Of a stretch of 64,000 nt of DNA, positions 19,748 through 29,638 are shown one piece after another. Source of the stretch: Verrucomicrobiota bacterium (lineage in GTDB: Bacteria; Verrucomicrobiota; Verrucomicrobiia; Limisphaerales; Palsa-1400). The first letter of the stretch is position 1. Each line of letters begins with the position of its first letter. Location: contig JBEKYR010000010.1 in assembly GCA_049510745.1 (NCBI GenBank), positions 1 through 64,000 of the forward strand, in the 5' to 3' direction. Below the pieces are notes generated by a model that saw nothing but the letters and a program-made list of their open reading frames with translations, ran no database searches and was not told where the DNA came from. A program made the position numbers and the translations under genes.

Positions 19748-20632
19748 TCACTGCCGGATGAACGCGTCGAGCGGATAGCCCTGGCCGCATTCCAGGCAGC
19801 GGGTGCCGTTGTAGATCATGCCGCAAGTCGGGCAGACCCCGTGCGTCGCAAACATGTCAAAGGGACGGTGGCAATGGCCGCAAACCCAGAAGTCGCCCAC
19901 CGGCGGCGGGCTTTGGCAACTCGGACACGCCAGGCCCTCCCGGTGCGGCGCGGCCTCGACGCGCGCCAGCACGCGCGCCTGTTGCAGGCCGCTCCAGCAT
20001 TGGAGCAGGGCGAACACGGCGATGATTCCCAGCCACGGCTCCCGGATCGTGAACACCAGCAGCAGTGCCACCGTAATCAGGCCAATCGTGCTGGCGATCA
20101 TCAAGCTGCGGGCGCGCCCGACCATAAACCACAGTATCGAGCGAAGAATCTGGCCGCCGTCCAGCGGATAGATCGGCAGCATGTTGAAGACGAACAAACC
20201 CACGTTGATCACCCAAACGGTGAAGATGAACTTCGTCAGCGCCGGATCCCAGTGCCCCGCCCCCGCCAGCAGATAAATCCCGCTCAAGACGGGAAAGAGC
20301 AGCGCGTTGACCAGCGGTCCGGCGGCGATGCTCCAGAGTGTTGCCCCGGGACGCTGCGGCGGGTCCACGTAGGCCACCCCGCCCAAAGGCCAGAGCAGAA
20401 TTTGATCCGCCCGCCCGCCCACGCTCCGGCAGGCCAGCGAATGGCCAAACTCATGCATCAGCACGATCAGGAACAGTGCCAGGTATTCGAGGACGCACCA
20501 GAGAGCGGAACTGTATTGCGTCGTGCGGTAGCTGATTTGATAGACGGCCACCAGAAACCACGACCAATGCAGGAAGACATTGATTCCCGCGAACTGAAAC
20601 AGGTGAATGGACCCTTTGTGACTCGGCAGCAT
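19748..20632 (-). CDS. Site-2 protease (M50) with C-terminal zinc-ribbon region
   Basis: HEFGH, AGP, FNMLPIYPLDGG; four CxxC pairs at the C-terminus. Confidence 0.92.
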   Translation of the reverse strand: MLPSHKGSIHLFQFAGINVFLHWSWFLVAVYQISYRTTQYSSALWCVLEYLALFLIVLMHEFGHSLACRSVGGRADQILLWPLGGVAYVDPPQRPGATLWSIAAGPLVNALLFPVLSGIYLLAGAGHWDPALTKFIFTVWVINVGLFVFNMLPIYPLDGGQILRSILWFMVGRARSLMIASTIGLITVALLLVFTIREPWLGIIAVFALLQCWSGLQQARVLARVEAAPHREGLACPSCQSPPPVGDFWVCGHCHRPFDMFATHGVCPTCGMIYNGTRCLECGQGYPLDAFIRQ

Positions 20633-20694
20633 ATTTAAAAATCAAAGTGTCGGCGGGAAAGGCGCACTCGTCAAGGGCGCAACGGCCCAATCAC

Positions 20695-20863
20695 GTAATG
20701 CCTCAGTGATGGGAAGGAAATGCGAAATTGAGCATACCCGCATTGAAAGCCGCAATGCGGGTATGCTAGGGTCGATTCTCTCTATTTGTCAAGGAAGATG
20801 TGCGGACGGCGAAATGAGAATTTTTTTAGGCTCCGCTTTTTCCCGCCGTCACTGAGGCATTAC
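20695..20863. mobile_element. MITE copy 1 (169 bp; 15-bp TIR GTAATGCCTCAGTGA)
   Basis: Perfect terminal inverted repeats; flanks CCAATCAC/CCAATTAC; near-identical inverted copy at 55741-55908. Confidence 0.9.
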
Positions 20864-20867
20864 CCAA

Positions 20868-22550
20868 TTACCAGGCCAGCGCCACCCCGCCGGCCCGCTT
20901 ATCGGCGGCGCCCAGAAACGCCTGGCCATCGGGCGCCAGGCCGACCGCCTGCGCCGCTCCCAGCATTTTGACCGTGCGCAATCGGTGGCCGCGCCGGGCA
21001 AGCTCCACCCCCAATTCGGGAGGCAATTCTTGTTCCATCAACACTTCGTCCGGCTTCCATTGGTGATGAAACTTGGGCTGGTCGATGGCCGTTTGCGCGT
21101 CCATTCCCAAATCCACCACGTTGACGATGTTCAACAGTGTCTGGCTGATGATGGCCGGACCGCCGGAGGCCCCGACCGCCAGGATAGGCCGGCCATTCTT
21201 GAGCACGATGGCCGGACTCATGCTCGAGAGGGGACGCTTGCCGGGCGCGATGGCGTTGGCTTCCGCGCCGACCAGCCCGAAATAGTTGGTCGCGCCGGGT
21301 TGCGCCGAGAAATCGTCCATTTCGTTGTTCATCACCACACCCGTGCCGGGGATGACCACCTTGGACCCAAAATGCGTGTTGATCGTCGCGGTCAACGCGA
21401 CCCAGTTGCCCTCCGCGTCGGCGGCCGAGAGGTGGGTGGTGTGTTTGGGAAAGATGTCGCTCGCGGCGTCCGGCGGCGCGCCGTGCGCGGCGCCGGCCGC
21501 GGCGCGAGTCAAGTCTATCTTTTCCGCGAGCGCGCGGCCGTAGTCCTTGCCGATGAGCGCCCGCGGCACGCCGGCGAAGTCCGGGTCGCCCAGCCAATAG
21601 GCGCGGTCGGCAAAGCCCAGCTTGAGGGATTCGATGATGAAATGAGCGCGGTCGAAGGCGGTGAAGCGCCGGTCGGAAAAATCGCGCGTCTGGAGGATGT
21701 TGAGTATTTCCAGCAGAAGCACGCCGCCGGAACTGGGCGGCGGAAACGAAACGACCGTGTCTTCCCGGTACTCGGTGGAAATCGGCTGGCGCAGAACGGC
21801 GCGATAGGCCCTGAAATCAGCCGCCGTCATCAGGCCGCCGTTCTCCCGCATCCATTTTTCGACCGCCTCCGCGAAAGGGCCGCCGTAAAACCAACCCGGG
21901 CCGTTCTGCGCGATGGCGCGCAGGGTTTGGGCGAGATCAGGTTGCCGGAGCAGTTCATTTTCAGAAAAAGGCGCGCCTTGCGCCTTGAGGAAAAGCGCGG
22001 CGCTGGCAGGGAATTTCGTCAAAGCGCCGGCCTCGTCGCGCAGGACGGCGGCGTAATGTTTGTCGAGTCGAAATCCGTCCTCCGCCAGGCGGGTGGCCGC
22101 CAGCAGATGGACGGGCAGGGGAAGTTTGCCGGCGGATTTGAGCGCCAGATCGTAGGCCGCCAGCGCCCCCGGCGTTGCGCTGGCCAGCGCTCCCAACTGG
22201 CTCAATGCCGCCTCCGCCTTGCCGCCCCGCACAAACATGTCCGCCCTCGCGGCCAGCGGCGCCGCCTCCCGCCCGTCGATGCAGAGGAACTGGCCGTTGG
22301 CCCGGCGGATGAGGATGAAACAGCCGCCGCCGATGCCGGAATTGTAACCGTTGACCACCCCGAGCGTGAGGGCCGCCGCCACCGCCGCATCGACCGCGTT
22401 GCCCCCGTTTTTCATCGCGTCGATCCCGGCCTGGCTGGCGAGGCGGTCCACCGTCGCGACCGCGCCGTGGTTGCCGATGGCCGATTGCGGCAGGGCGGGC
22501 CTGGCGGTGAAAACAAACAGGGCGGCCAGCAGGCCGGCAAGCGGGCGCAT
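20868..22550 (-). CDS. ggt: Gamma-glutamyltransferase
   Basis: GGNAVDAA, SGIGGG, IDGREAAP, PPPSSGG, HTTH autoprocessing site, KRPLSSMSP; signal peptide from ATG 22550. Confidence 0.95.
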   Translation of the reverse strand: MRPLAGLLAALFVFTARPALPQSAIGNHGAVATVDRLASQAGIDAMKNGGNAVDAAVAAALTLGVVNGYNSGIGGGCFILIRRANGQFLCIDGREAAPLAARADMFVRGGKAEAALSQLGALASATPGALAAYDLALKSAGKLPLPVHLLAATRLAEDGFRLDKHYAAVLRDEAGALTKFPASAALFLKAQGAPFSENELLRQPDLAQTLRAIAQNGPGWFYGGPFAEAVEKWMRENGGLMTAADFRAYRAVLRQPISTEYREDTVVSFPPPSSGGVLLLEILNILQTRDFSDRRFTAFDRAHFIIESLKLGFADRAYWLGDPDFAGVPRALIGKDYGRALAEKIDLTRAAAGAAHGAPPDAASDIFPKHTTHLSAADAEGNWVALTATINTHFGSKVVIPGTGVVMNNEMDDFSAQPGATNYFGLVGAEANAIAPGKRPLSSMSPAIVLKNGRPILAVGASGGPAIISQTLLNIVNVVDLGMDAQTAIDQPKFHHQWKPDEVLMEQELPPELGVELARRGHRLRTVKMLGAAQAVGLAPDGQAFLGAADKRAGGVALAW

Positions 22551-22557
22551 GGCCGGG

Positions 22558-24114
22558 TCACTCCTTGTCCCGGCGCGGGAACAACGGAAAGACCTCGCCG
22601 ATGGCATGGCCTTCGGCAAGGAGCGCGGGCGGCTGGGCCAAATTGGTATTGACGTTTTGGAATCCGAGCTGCCGCTGGAGCCTTTCCGCCGCGCCGGGAA
22701 TCACCGGCCAGAGGAGAATTCCCAGCGCGCGGCAGACTTCGGCCAGGGTGTGAAGGATGTCGTTCAGTTCGCCCGCCCGCGCCGGATCTTTGGCGATTTT
22801 AAACGGGCTGGTCTGGTCGATGTACTGGTTGGCGCGGGTCACGAGCGCGCCGGCGTGTTGCAGCGCTTCTTGCAGCGAGTTGGAGCGATAGGCGGCGACG
22901 GCCCGCGTCCACGTCTCGGCGGTTTCCCGCGCCAATTGGTGGACGCCGCCCGGCACCCGGCCGTTGCGATAGCGCTGGATCATCGAGAGGGAGCGGTTGA
23001 CCAGGTTGCCCAAGCCGTTGGCCAACTCCGCCTGGTAACGCGCGCGGAAACCGGCATCGGTCCAATTGCCGTCCGGCCCGATGTCCAATTCCCGCACGAC
23101 ATAATAGCGAAAGGCGTCCAGGCCCCATTGGTCGATGACGGCGACGGGATCGACGACGTTGCCGGTGCTTTTGCTCAGTTTTTGGCCGTCCTTCTGCCAC
23201 CAGCCGTGGACCAGGATTTGTCGGGGAAGCGGCACGCCCATCGCCTTGAGCATGATGGGCCAATAAACGGTGTGAAACTTCAGAATGTCCTTGCCGATGA
23301 TGTGCAGATCGGCCGGCCACGCCGAAAAGGCGGGCGAAACAGGGGGCGCGGCGGGCGCGAGCGCCTGACGCACCACCGGGTCGCCGAGCGCGAAGGGGAC
23401 GCTGATATAGTTGACAAGCGCGTCGAACCAGACCCAGGTGACGAAGCCGGCGTCGAACGGAAGCGGGATGCCCCACTTGAGGCGCGCGGCGGGCCGGGTG
23501 ATACAGAGGTCCTCCAGCGGCTCGTTTTTGAGGAAGCCGAGCACCTCGTTGCGCCGGTAATCCGGGGCGATGAACTCCGGATTGCTTTCGATGTGCCCGA
23601 TCATCCAGTCCTGGTGGGGGCGCAGCTTGAAGTAGTAATTCTCCTCCTCCAACTCGACGACTTTGCCCCAGGACGGATCGAAGCTGCCGTCCGGCAGCCG
23701 GTCCTTGTCTGTCAAAAATGTTTCCGCCGTCGGCGAATAAAACCCCCGGTAAGTGGCCTTGTAGAATTGGCCCTCGCCGTGCAATTTGGAGAGGATCGCC
23801 TGCACCACTTCCTTGTGCCGCGCCTGGGTTGTCCGCACGAAATCGTCATTGGACAAGCCGAGTTTGCGCGCGAAATCCTGCCAGCTTGCCGCCAGGGCGT
23901 CGCAATAGGCCTGCGGGTCCTTGCCTTCCGCGAGCGCCGCCTGCTGCACCTTCTGCCCGTGCTCATCGAGGCCCGTCAGAAAAAAAACCTCCTCGCCCAG
24001 CGCGCGCCGGGCGCGGGCGATGACATCGGCCACGACCTTCTCATAGGCATGGCCCAAATGGGGCTGCCCGTTGACGTAGTCAATGGCGGTGGTCACGTAA
24101 AAACGTTTGCTCAT
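22558..24114 (-). CDS. metG: Methionyl-tRNA synthetase, short form
   Basis: YVTTAIDYVNGQPHLGH, LTGLDEHGQK, VWFDAL, IGKDI, KLSKS; start taken at 24114. Confidence 0.97.
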   Translation of the reverse strand: MSKRFYVTTAIDYVNGQPHLGHAYEKVVADVIARARRALGEEVFFLTGLDEHGQKVQQAALAEGKDPQAYCDALAASWQDFARKLGLSNDDFVRTTQARHKEVVQAILSKLHGEGQFYKATYRGFYSPTAETFLTDKDRLPDGSFDPSWGKVVELEEENYYFKLRPHQDWMIGHIESNPEFIAPDYRRNEVLGFLKNEPLEDLCITRPAARLKWGIPLPFDAGFVTWVWFDALVNYISVPFALGDPVVRQALAPAAPPVSPAFSAWPADLHIIGKDILKFHTVYWPIMLKAMGVPLPRQILVHGWWQKDGQKLSKSTGNVVDPVAVIDQWGLDAFRYYVVRELDIGPDGNWTDAGFRARYQAELANGLGNLVNRSLSMIQRYRNGRVPGGVHQLARETAETWTRAVAAYRSNSLQEALQHAGALVTRANQYIDQTSPFKIAKDPARAGELNDILHTLAEVCRALGILLWPVIPGAAERLQRQLGFQNVNTNLAQPPALLAEGHAIGEVFPLFPRRDKE

Positions 24115-24356
24115 CGCCCCAAGAGTGGCGCGAGCGCGGCCAAAATCCAAGCGCCAATCCTCTGTGGGCCGCGGTTGGGGCGAATCGCAAGCTTTGGAGC
24201 TTTTGGACGCTTGCCCAAGCCCTCTCCGCCTTATACCCTTCCCAAACCGAAGAAAAGCGCTGGATTGATGGCGTGCTGGCGCGGAGGAAGGGATGGGGAT
24301 TTTGACGGGGCGTTTGAAATGGCCGGAGCGGACGATGTGACAGAAAGGCATAATTT

Positions 24357-25466
24357 ATGGTGAAACGACTTTATGTGGACAATTTTCGGTGCCTTGTGAA
24401 CTTCGAGTTGAAGTTGGGCCGGGTGAACCTGCTGTTGGGCGGTAATGGCACCGGCAAAACGACCGTCTTCGAGGTCCTGTATCGGCTTCAGCAGTTCCTG
24501 GGCGGCAACGCCAAGGTGCTGGCGGTGTTCCCCAGCGCGGACCTGACGCGCTGGCAGCCCACCAACCTCACGCAACGATTCGAATTGGAGTTGCAGGCTG
24601 ATGAGGCGAGCTATGACTATGCACTGGTCATCGAACACGATGAAGATCGCCGGAAGGCCAAGATCAAGAGCGAGACCCTGACACTGGAGGGCAAGAACCT
24701 GTTCCATTTCCAGGAGGGCAACGCTGAACTTTACCACGATGATTTCACACCCGGACCGAAGTATCCATTTGACTGGACCCAGTCTGGCGTCGGCGTGCTG
24801 CAACCGCGCGCTGACAACAAGAAGCTCACGCGGTTTCGGAAGGAATTGCAGAAAATTATCGTCGCCACTCCTCATCCGATGAGGATGTCCTCCGAGAGTC
24901 GGGATGAAGAGAGCGTGTTGTCGCGCAACATGGAGAATTTCGTCTCGTGGTATCGGTTCCTTTCACAGGAGCATCAAGGCGCAATGCTGGCGATTTTTCA
25001 GGAACTCAAACGCGTCATCCCGGGATTCAACTCGTTCAGCCTCAAAGAAGCCGGGGAGGCCAGAGTGCTCAAAGTCCTGTTGGACCGATCCGGTGGGAAC
25101 GGGCGGCCACTGACCTACGATTTCGGTGAACTTTCGGACGGCCAGCGAGTCCTGGTTGCTTTATATACCCTCCTGTTTGGGCTCAAGGATGAAGGGGTCA
25201 GCCTGTTTCTCGATGAGCCCGATAATTTTGTGGAGTTGCGCGAAATCCAGCCCTGGCTGACGGCATTGACAGATTCCTGTGGCGAAGGAGTTGAGCAGGC
25301 GGTTCTCATCTCACACCACCCCGAGATCATCGACCATCTAGCCTCGTCCTCTGGGCGGTGGTTCGACCGCGACAGCAATGCCCCTGCGCGTGTCACTGAC
25401 AAACCAAAAGCTCAGGTCGATGGTCTCAAGCCGTCCGAAATCATGGCGCGAGGGTGGGAGTCATGA
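24357..25466 (+). CDS. ABC-type (AAA_21/AAA_15-like) ATPase
   Basis: Walker A GGNGTGKT, signature LSDGQR, Walker B LFLDEPD, H-loop ISHH; no TM partner nearby. Confidence 0.9.
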   Translation: MVKRLYVDNFRCLVNFELKLGRVNLLLGGNGTGKTTVFEVLYRLQQFLGGNAKVLAVFPSADLTRWQPTNLTQRFELELQADEASYDYALVIEHDEDRRKAKIKSETLTLEGKNLFHFQEGNAELYHDDFTPGPKYPFDWTQSGVGVLQPRADNKKLTRFRKELQKIIVATPHPMRMSSESRDEESVLSRNMENFVSWYRFLSQEHQGAMLAIFQELKRVIPGFNSFSLKEAGEARVLKVLLDRSGGNGRPLTYDFGELSDGQRVLVALYTLLFGLKDEGVSLFLDEPDNFVELREIQPWLTALTDSCGEGVEQAVLISHHPEIIDHLASSSGRWFDRDSNAPARVTDKPKAQVDGLKPSEIMARGWES

Positions 25467-26011
25467 GCCAGGATGCGGTCCTCGCGGTGATGCTTTGCGA
25501 AGATACCCAGACAGAGTGCTTCATCCGCCGCTTCCTCGTGAAACAAAATTGGGATCGACGGCAGATTCGCGCCGAAACGCTGCCGGCTGGCAAAGGGTCC
25601 GGATTGGTTTGGGTGCGAGAGAAGTTCGTGAACGAGATCAAAGCTTATCGCAGCCGAAGCGCACACGCGGCGACCTGCTTGATCGTAGCCTCGGACGCGG
25701 ACGACAAGACGGTGGAAGAGCGCATCCAAACCTTCAAGGATGCCTGCGCTGAAGCCAACGTGCCGTTTCGAAAGGAAGGGGAGCGCATCATATTCGTAAT
25801 TCCACGTCGCAACATCGAGACGTGGCTCGCCTATCTCAGGGGGCAGCCGGTGAATGAAGCGGATGCCTACCCGAAATACGACAACGAAAGCGACTGCCGG
25901 GGACAGGTGGCAAAACTCGACGATTTGTGTCGCCGCCAGAAGCTTGAGCCTGATCCGCCGCCACCATCGCTCGCTGCCGCTTGTTTTGAATTCAAGCGTA
26001 TCGCGAACTAA
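25463..26011 (+). CDS. TOPRIM-like protein (DUF4276/RloB-like) coupled to the ATPase
   Basis: ATGA overlap; 'VMLCED' conserved Glu, 'LIVASDAD' DxD motif, 'IETWL'. Confidence 0.7.
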   Translation: MSQDAVLAVMLCEDTQTECFIRRFLVKQNWDRRQIRAETLPAGKGSGLVWVREKFVNEIKAYRSRSAHAATCLIVASDADDKTVEERIQTFKDACAEANVPFRKEGERIIFVIPRRNIETWLAYLRGQPVNEADAYPKYDNESDCRGQVAKLDDLCRRQKLEPDPPPPSLAAACFEFKRIAN

Positions 26012-26082
26012 TTCTCCGCCGTGCCCTTCAGACTTGAGATTAGGACTAGAACCCGCCGCGCCCGCCGTATATCTTGCGGCCC

Positions 26083-26946
26083 ATGACTAAATATCGGATT
26101 GGCTTGATCGGCGGCAGCGGGCTTTATCACATCGAAGGCTTCACCCGCCAAAAATGGGTCAAGATGAAAACGCCCTTCGGCGCCCCTTCGGACGATTTTC
26201 TCACCGGCGAATTGGCCGGACGCGAGGTGGTGTTTCTCCCCCGCCACGCCCGCGGACACCGCCTGCTTCCCAGTGAGTTGAACCATCGCGCCAACCTCTA
26301 CGGCATGAAGAAGCTGGGGGTCGAGTGGATCATCAGCGTCAGCGCCGTCGGGTCGCTCCAGGAAAAGTACCAACCGTGCGACATCGTCCTGCCGGACCAG
26401 TTTCTGGACCGGACGAAGCGGTCGTTCGAGCACACGTTTTTCGGGCGCGGCATCGTGGCGCACATCGCGTTCGCCGAGCCGATTTGCCCGGAACTGCGGC
26501 AGTTGTTGCTCCGCGGCGCCCGGGCCGAAGGCGCGCGCGTCCACAACGGCGGCACTTACGTGAATATGGAGGGGCCGGCCTTCAGCACGCGGGCCGAGTC
26601 GCTGACCCATCACCAGCTCGGTTACGACGTCATCGGCATGACCAATCTGGGCGAGGCCAAATGCGCCCGCGAGGCCGAGATCGCCTACGCCACGATGGCC
26701 ATGGTCACCGACTACGATTGCTGGAAAGCCGGCGAAGCCCACGTCACGGTGGAAATGATCGTGGCCAACCTGATGAGAAACGCCAGCCAGGCCAAGGCCA
26801 TCATCACGCGCGTCATTCCGCAAATACCGCCGGAGCCGGCCTGGCCCTGCCACGACGCCCTCAAAAACGCCATCATGACCGACAAAAAACTGTGGCCGGC
26901 AAAGACCAGGGCGCAATTGAAGCCGCTGCTGAAGAAATATCTCTAA
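26083..26946 (+). CDS. mtnP: S-methyl-5'-thioadenosine phosphorylase
   Basis: IGGSG, FLPRH, SAVGSL, EGPAFSTRAES, IGMT, VTDYDCW. Confidence 0.96.
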   Translation: MTKYRIGLIGGSGLYHIEGFTRQKWVKMKTPFGAPSDDFLTGELAGREVVFLPRHARGHRLLPSELNHRANLYGMKKLGVEWIISVSAVGSLQEKYQPCDIVLPDQFLDRTKRSFEHTFFGRGIVAHIAFAEPICPELRQLLLRGARAEGARVHNGGTYVNMEGPAFSTRAESLTHHQLGYDVIGMTNLGEAKCAREAEIAYATMAMVTDYDCWKAGEAHVTVEMIVANLMRNASQAKAIITRVIPQIPPEPAWPCHDALKNAIMTDKKLWPAKTRAQLKPLLKKYL

Positions 26947-26947
26947 G

Positions 26948-27868
26948 TCATGGTTGACGCATCAGGTTGGACACGTAGTTCCAGGTGCCCATCTGCAACC
27001 GCTGCGCCACCCATTGCAAGCCCGCCGTCGTCTCGCCCCGCACCCGCCGCGCTATCTTGACTTTCTCCTCGTCGCCTTTGTGACGCCGGCGCAAGTCGGT
27101 TTTCGTCCATCCCCGCCGCCGCAACTCTTCGCGGACGATCCGTTCCGCTTTCCGTTCCTCGATTTCCTGGCATTCGGCCCCGAAGTGTTTGGAGCGGGTC
27201 AGTTGCCGGACTCTGGCCCGCAATTGCCGCCGGAACGCCGCGCTGCCTAGACACCAACCCCGCCGTATCCCCCGATAATCCGCCTCGTCCTCGTCGGCCC
27301 TTTGCCGCTCGATTTGCCGCGCGAATTCCCGCCGGCCGGCCGCGCTGTCGGCCCGAATGCCCCTCTTGCCCAGCAACCGCTCCACCCGCAGCCAGGGGGG
27401 ACGGGCTTTGGCCGGCTGGAGAAAGGCCGCGTAACTGCTCCAGCGAAAACTTTCCAGGGGCGCTCCCGGCCGGATGATCCCGGCCCGCGCCGGGTTCAAA
27501 TGCACGTAATCGCAAACCGTGCGCAGGTAGTCCCCGCCGCGGCCGTCCACCAGCAGCGCCTTGTAACGTCCGGCAAAGAGATGTCCGCGGCAGCAGTGGC
27601 GGGCGTTGAAACATTGGGTGTACACCCCCAGCAGCCATTTCATCCCGGGCACAAGGTTGGGCTGCGGCGTTTCGAGCACGAGATGAAAATGATCGCGCAT
27701 CAGGCAATAAGCCAGCACCCGCCACTCCGTCTTCTGGCAGGACTCGCCCAGGAGGGAAAGGAATAGTTTGCGGTCCTGGGCGTCGCGGAAGATGTCCTTC
27801 CGCGGCTTCCCGCGGCTCATCACGTGATAGATCGCTCCGGCGTACTCAATGCGCAAAGGTCGTGGCAT
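26948..27868 (-). mobile_element. REP-associated tyrosine transposase (RAYT, Y1 HUH) with C-terminal extension
   Basis: MPRPLRIEYAGAIYHVMSRG, YCLMRDHFHL (HUH), YVHLNPARAG, WSSY. Confidence 0.9.
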
Positions 27869-27993
27869 GAAGGCATCATGCCAGCCACTCCAGAAAGTGT
27901 CAATAGGGGGAACTGGCGCTTGCGGATGCGTCCCCGTCTTGGCAACCCCGTTGGCAATGTGGGATTATGGCCGGCCGCAGACAGGCCCGCAAG

Positions 27994-28118
27994 AATGACG
28001 AATGACGAAGCCCGAATGACGAAGTAATGACGAAGCCCGAATGACGAAGTTTTCGTCATTGAGTCATTTGCCCCGAAAGCATTCGGGGTTAGACATTCGG
28101 GTTTCGTCATTCGTCATT
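27994..28118. repeat. AATGACGAA(G) tandem/inverted repeat cluster (REP-like)
   Basis: Five forward AATGACGAA units followed by reverse TTCGTCATT units, foldable into a long hairpin. Confidence 0.85.
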
Positions 28119-28252
28119 TTCCGCGGTGGATCGAGGCGCGGCCTCCCGAAGCCGTGGCGAGTGTCCAAAATGAGAGAGGCGCCCTGTTGTCACGAGCGAC
28201 GAATTCTTGCTTGCCTCAGCGCGTCTCTTCATGGCTTGCTGGAGTATTGTTC

Positions 28253-29638
28253 ATGAACGAAAAAGACAACTTGCCGGAGTCCAATCGCCGGGACTTTCTC
28301 AAAAACACCTCGCTCGCCACCTTGATGGCCATGATGGGAGGGGTCGAATTGCAGGCGCAGGATGCCCCCAAACCCGCCACCAATGCCGACTCGACTCTCA
28401 CCCCCATACCGCCGCCGCCGCCGGTCAGCTATGGCGTCGTCGGCCTGGGCGATCGGGGCCGCGAAATCCTGCACACCCTCTCCATTCTGCCCAGCTCCCC
28501 GGTGGTTGCCATTTGCGACAATTACGCCCGCTCCATGCGCCGCGCCGGCGAGGAGGCGCCCAAGGCCAAACAGTACCCAGACTACAAGCAACTCCTGGCG
28601 GATCCCAGTGTCCAAGCCGTGGTCGTCGCCACACCGACCGGCCTGCACCGCGACATCGTCGTGGACGCCCTGGCCGCCGGCAAACACGTCTATTGCGAAG
28701 CGCCCCTGGGCGGGACGATCGAGGACGCCAAGGCCATCGCCAAAGCAGCGCGCGACGCGGTCAAGGTGGTTTTTCAAGCGGGCTTGCAGGAACGATCGCA
28801 TCCGCAGCGCAATTTTCTGGTGCCGTTCATCCGGTCCGGGGCCATCGGCGCCAATGTCATGGGGCGCGCGCAGTGGCACAAGAAGGACAGTTGGGCGCGC
28901 ACGGCGGCCAATCCCGACCGTGAGAAGGCGCTCAATTGGCGGCTCGATCAGAACACCAGCCCCGGCTTGCTCGGCGAGGTGGGCATCCACCAGATTGACG
29001 CCGCCGCCTGGTTCCTGAAAAACCGCCCGCTGGCCGTGACCGGTTTCAGTTCCACCATCCTGTGGAAGGGCGATCATGGGCGGGACGTGCCGGACACTGT
29101 CCAGGCCGTTTTTGAATTTCCCGAAGGCGCCAACTTCCTCTACGACGCCACCCTCTGCAACTCTTTCGACGGGCAACTGGAAGTGTATTGCGGCGCCTCC
29201 GCCGCCGTCATGGTGCGCGACTGCAAGGCCTGGCTCTTCAAGGAAGTCGATGCCGACCTGCTCGGCTGGGAGGTGTACGCCCGCAAGGATGTCTTTTACA
29301 AGGAGACGGGCATCGCCCTCATCGCCAACGGCAGCAAGCAGACCGCCCTGGGCGGCGACGCCGTCTCGCTCAACCCGTATCCGCACCCCCCGCTCTACTA
29401 CGCCCTGGAAGCGTTCACCGCCAACGCCGGCCAGATCGGCGGCGCCGTCAAGGATTACATCGACCTTTACGGAGAGAGCGACCTGGGCGCGCTGGCCGAG
29501 AAAATTAAAGCGCTCAAGACCTTCCCGGCCGCCAATTGGCGGGACGGCCTCGAGGCGACCGTCGTGGCCCTCAAAGCCAACGAAGCCGCTGTCAAGAAAG
29601 AAAGAATCGTCTTCCAGAACGAATGGTTCGATCTATGA
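28253..29638 (+). CDS. Tat-exported Gfo/Idh/MocA oxidoreductase
   Basis: SNRRDFLK twin-arginine signal; GVVGLGDRG; AGKHVYCEAP; GIHQID. Confidence 0.92.
   Translation: MNEKDNLPESNRRDFLKNTSLATLMAMMGGVELQAQDAPKPATNADSTLTPIPPPPPVSYGVVGLGDRGREILHTLSILPSSPVVAICDNYARSMRRAGEEAPKAKQYPDYKQLLADPSVQAVVVATPTGLHRDIVVDALAAGKHVYCEAPLGGTIEDAKAIAKAARDAVKVVFQAGLQERSHPQRNFLVPFIRSGAIGANVMGRAQWHKKDSWARTAANPDREKALNWRLDQNTSPGLLGEVGIHQIDAAAWFLKNRPLAVTGFSSTILWKGDHGRDVPDTVQAVFEFPEGANFLYDATLCNSFDGQLEVYCGASAAVMVRDCKAWLFKEVDADLLGWEVYARKDVFYKETGIALIANGSKQTALGGDAVSLNPYPHPPLYYALEAFTANAGQIGGAVKDYIDLYGESDLGALAEKIKALKTFPAANWRDGLEATVVALKANEAAVKKERIVFQNEWFDL

Noticed and set aside
27994..28118. Possible CRISPR array (also considered at 36955-37931 and 38437-38558)
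   Set aside because: No constant repeat with unique 30-40 bp spacers, and no cas genes
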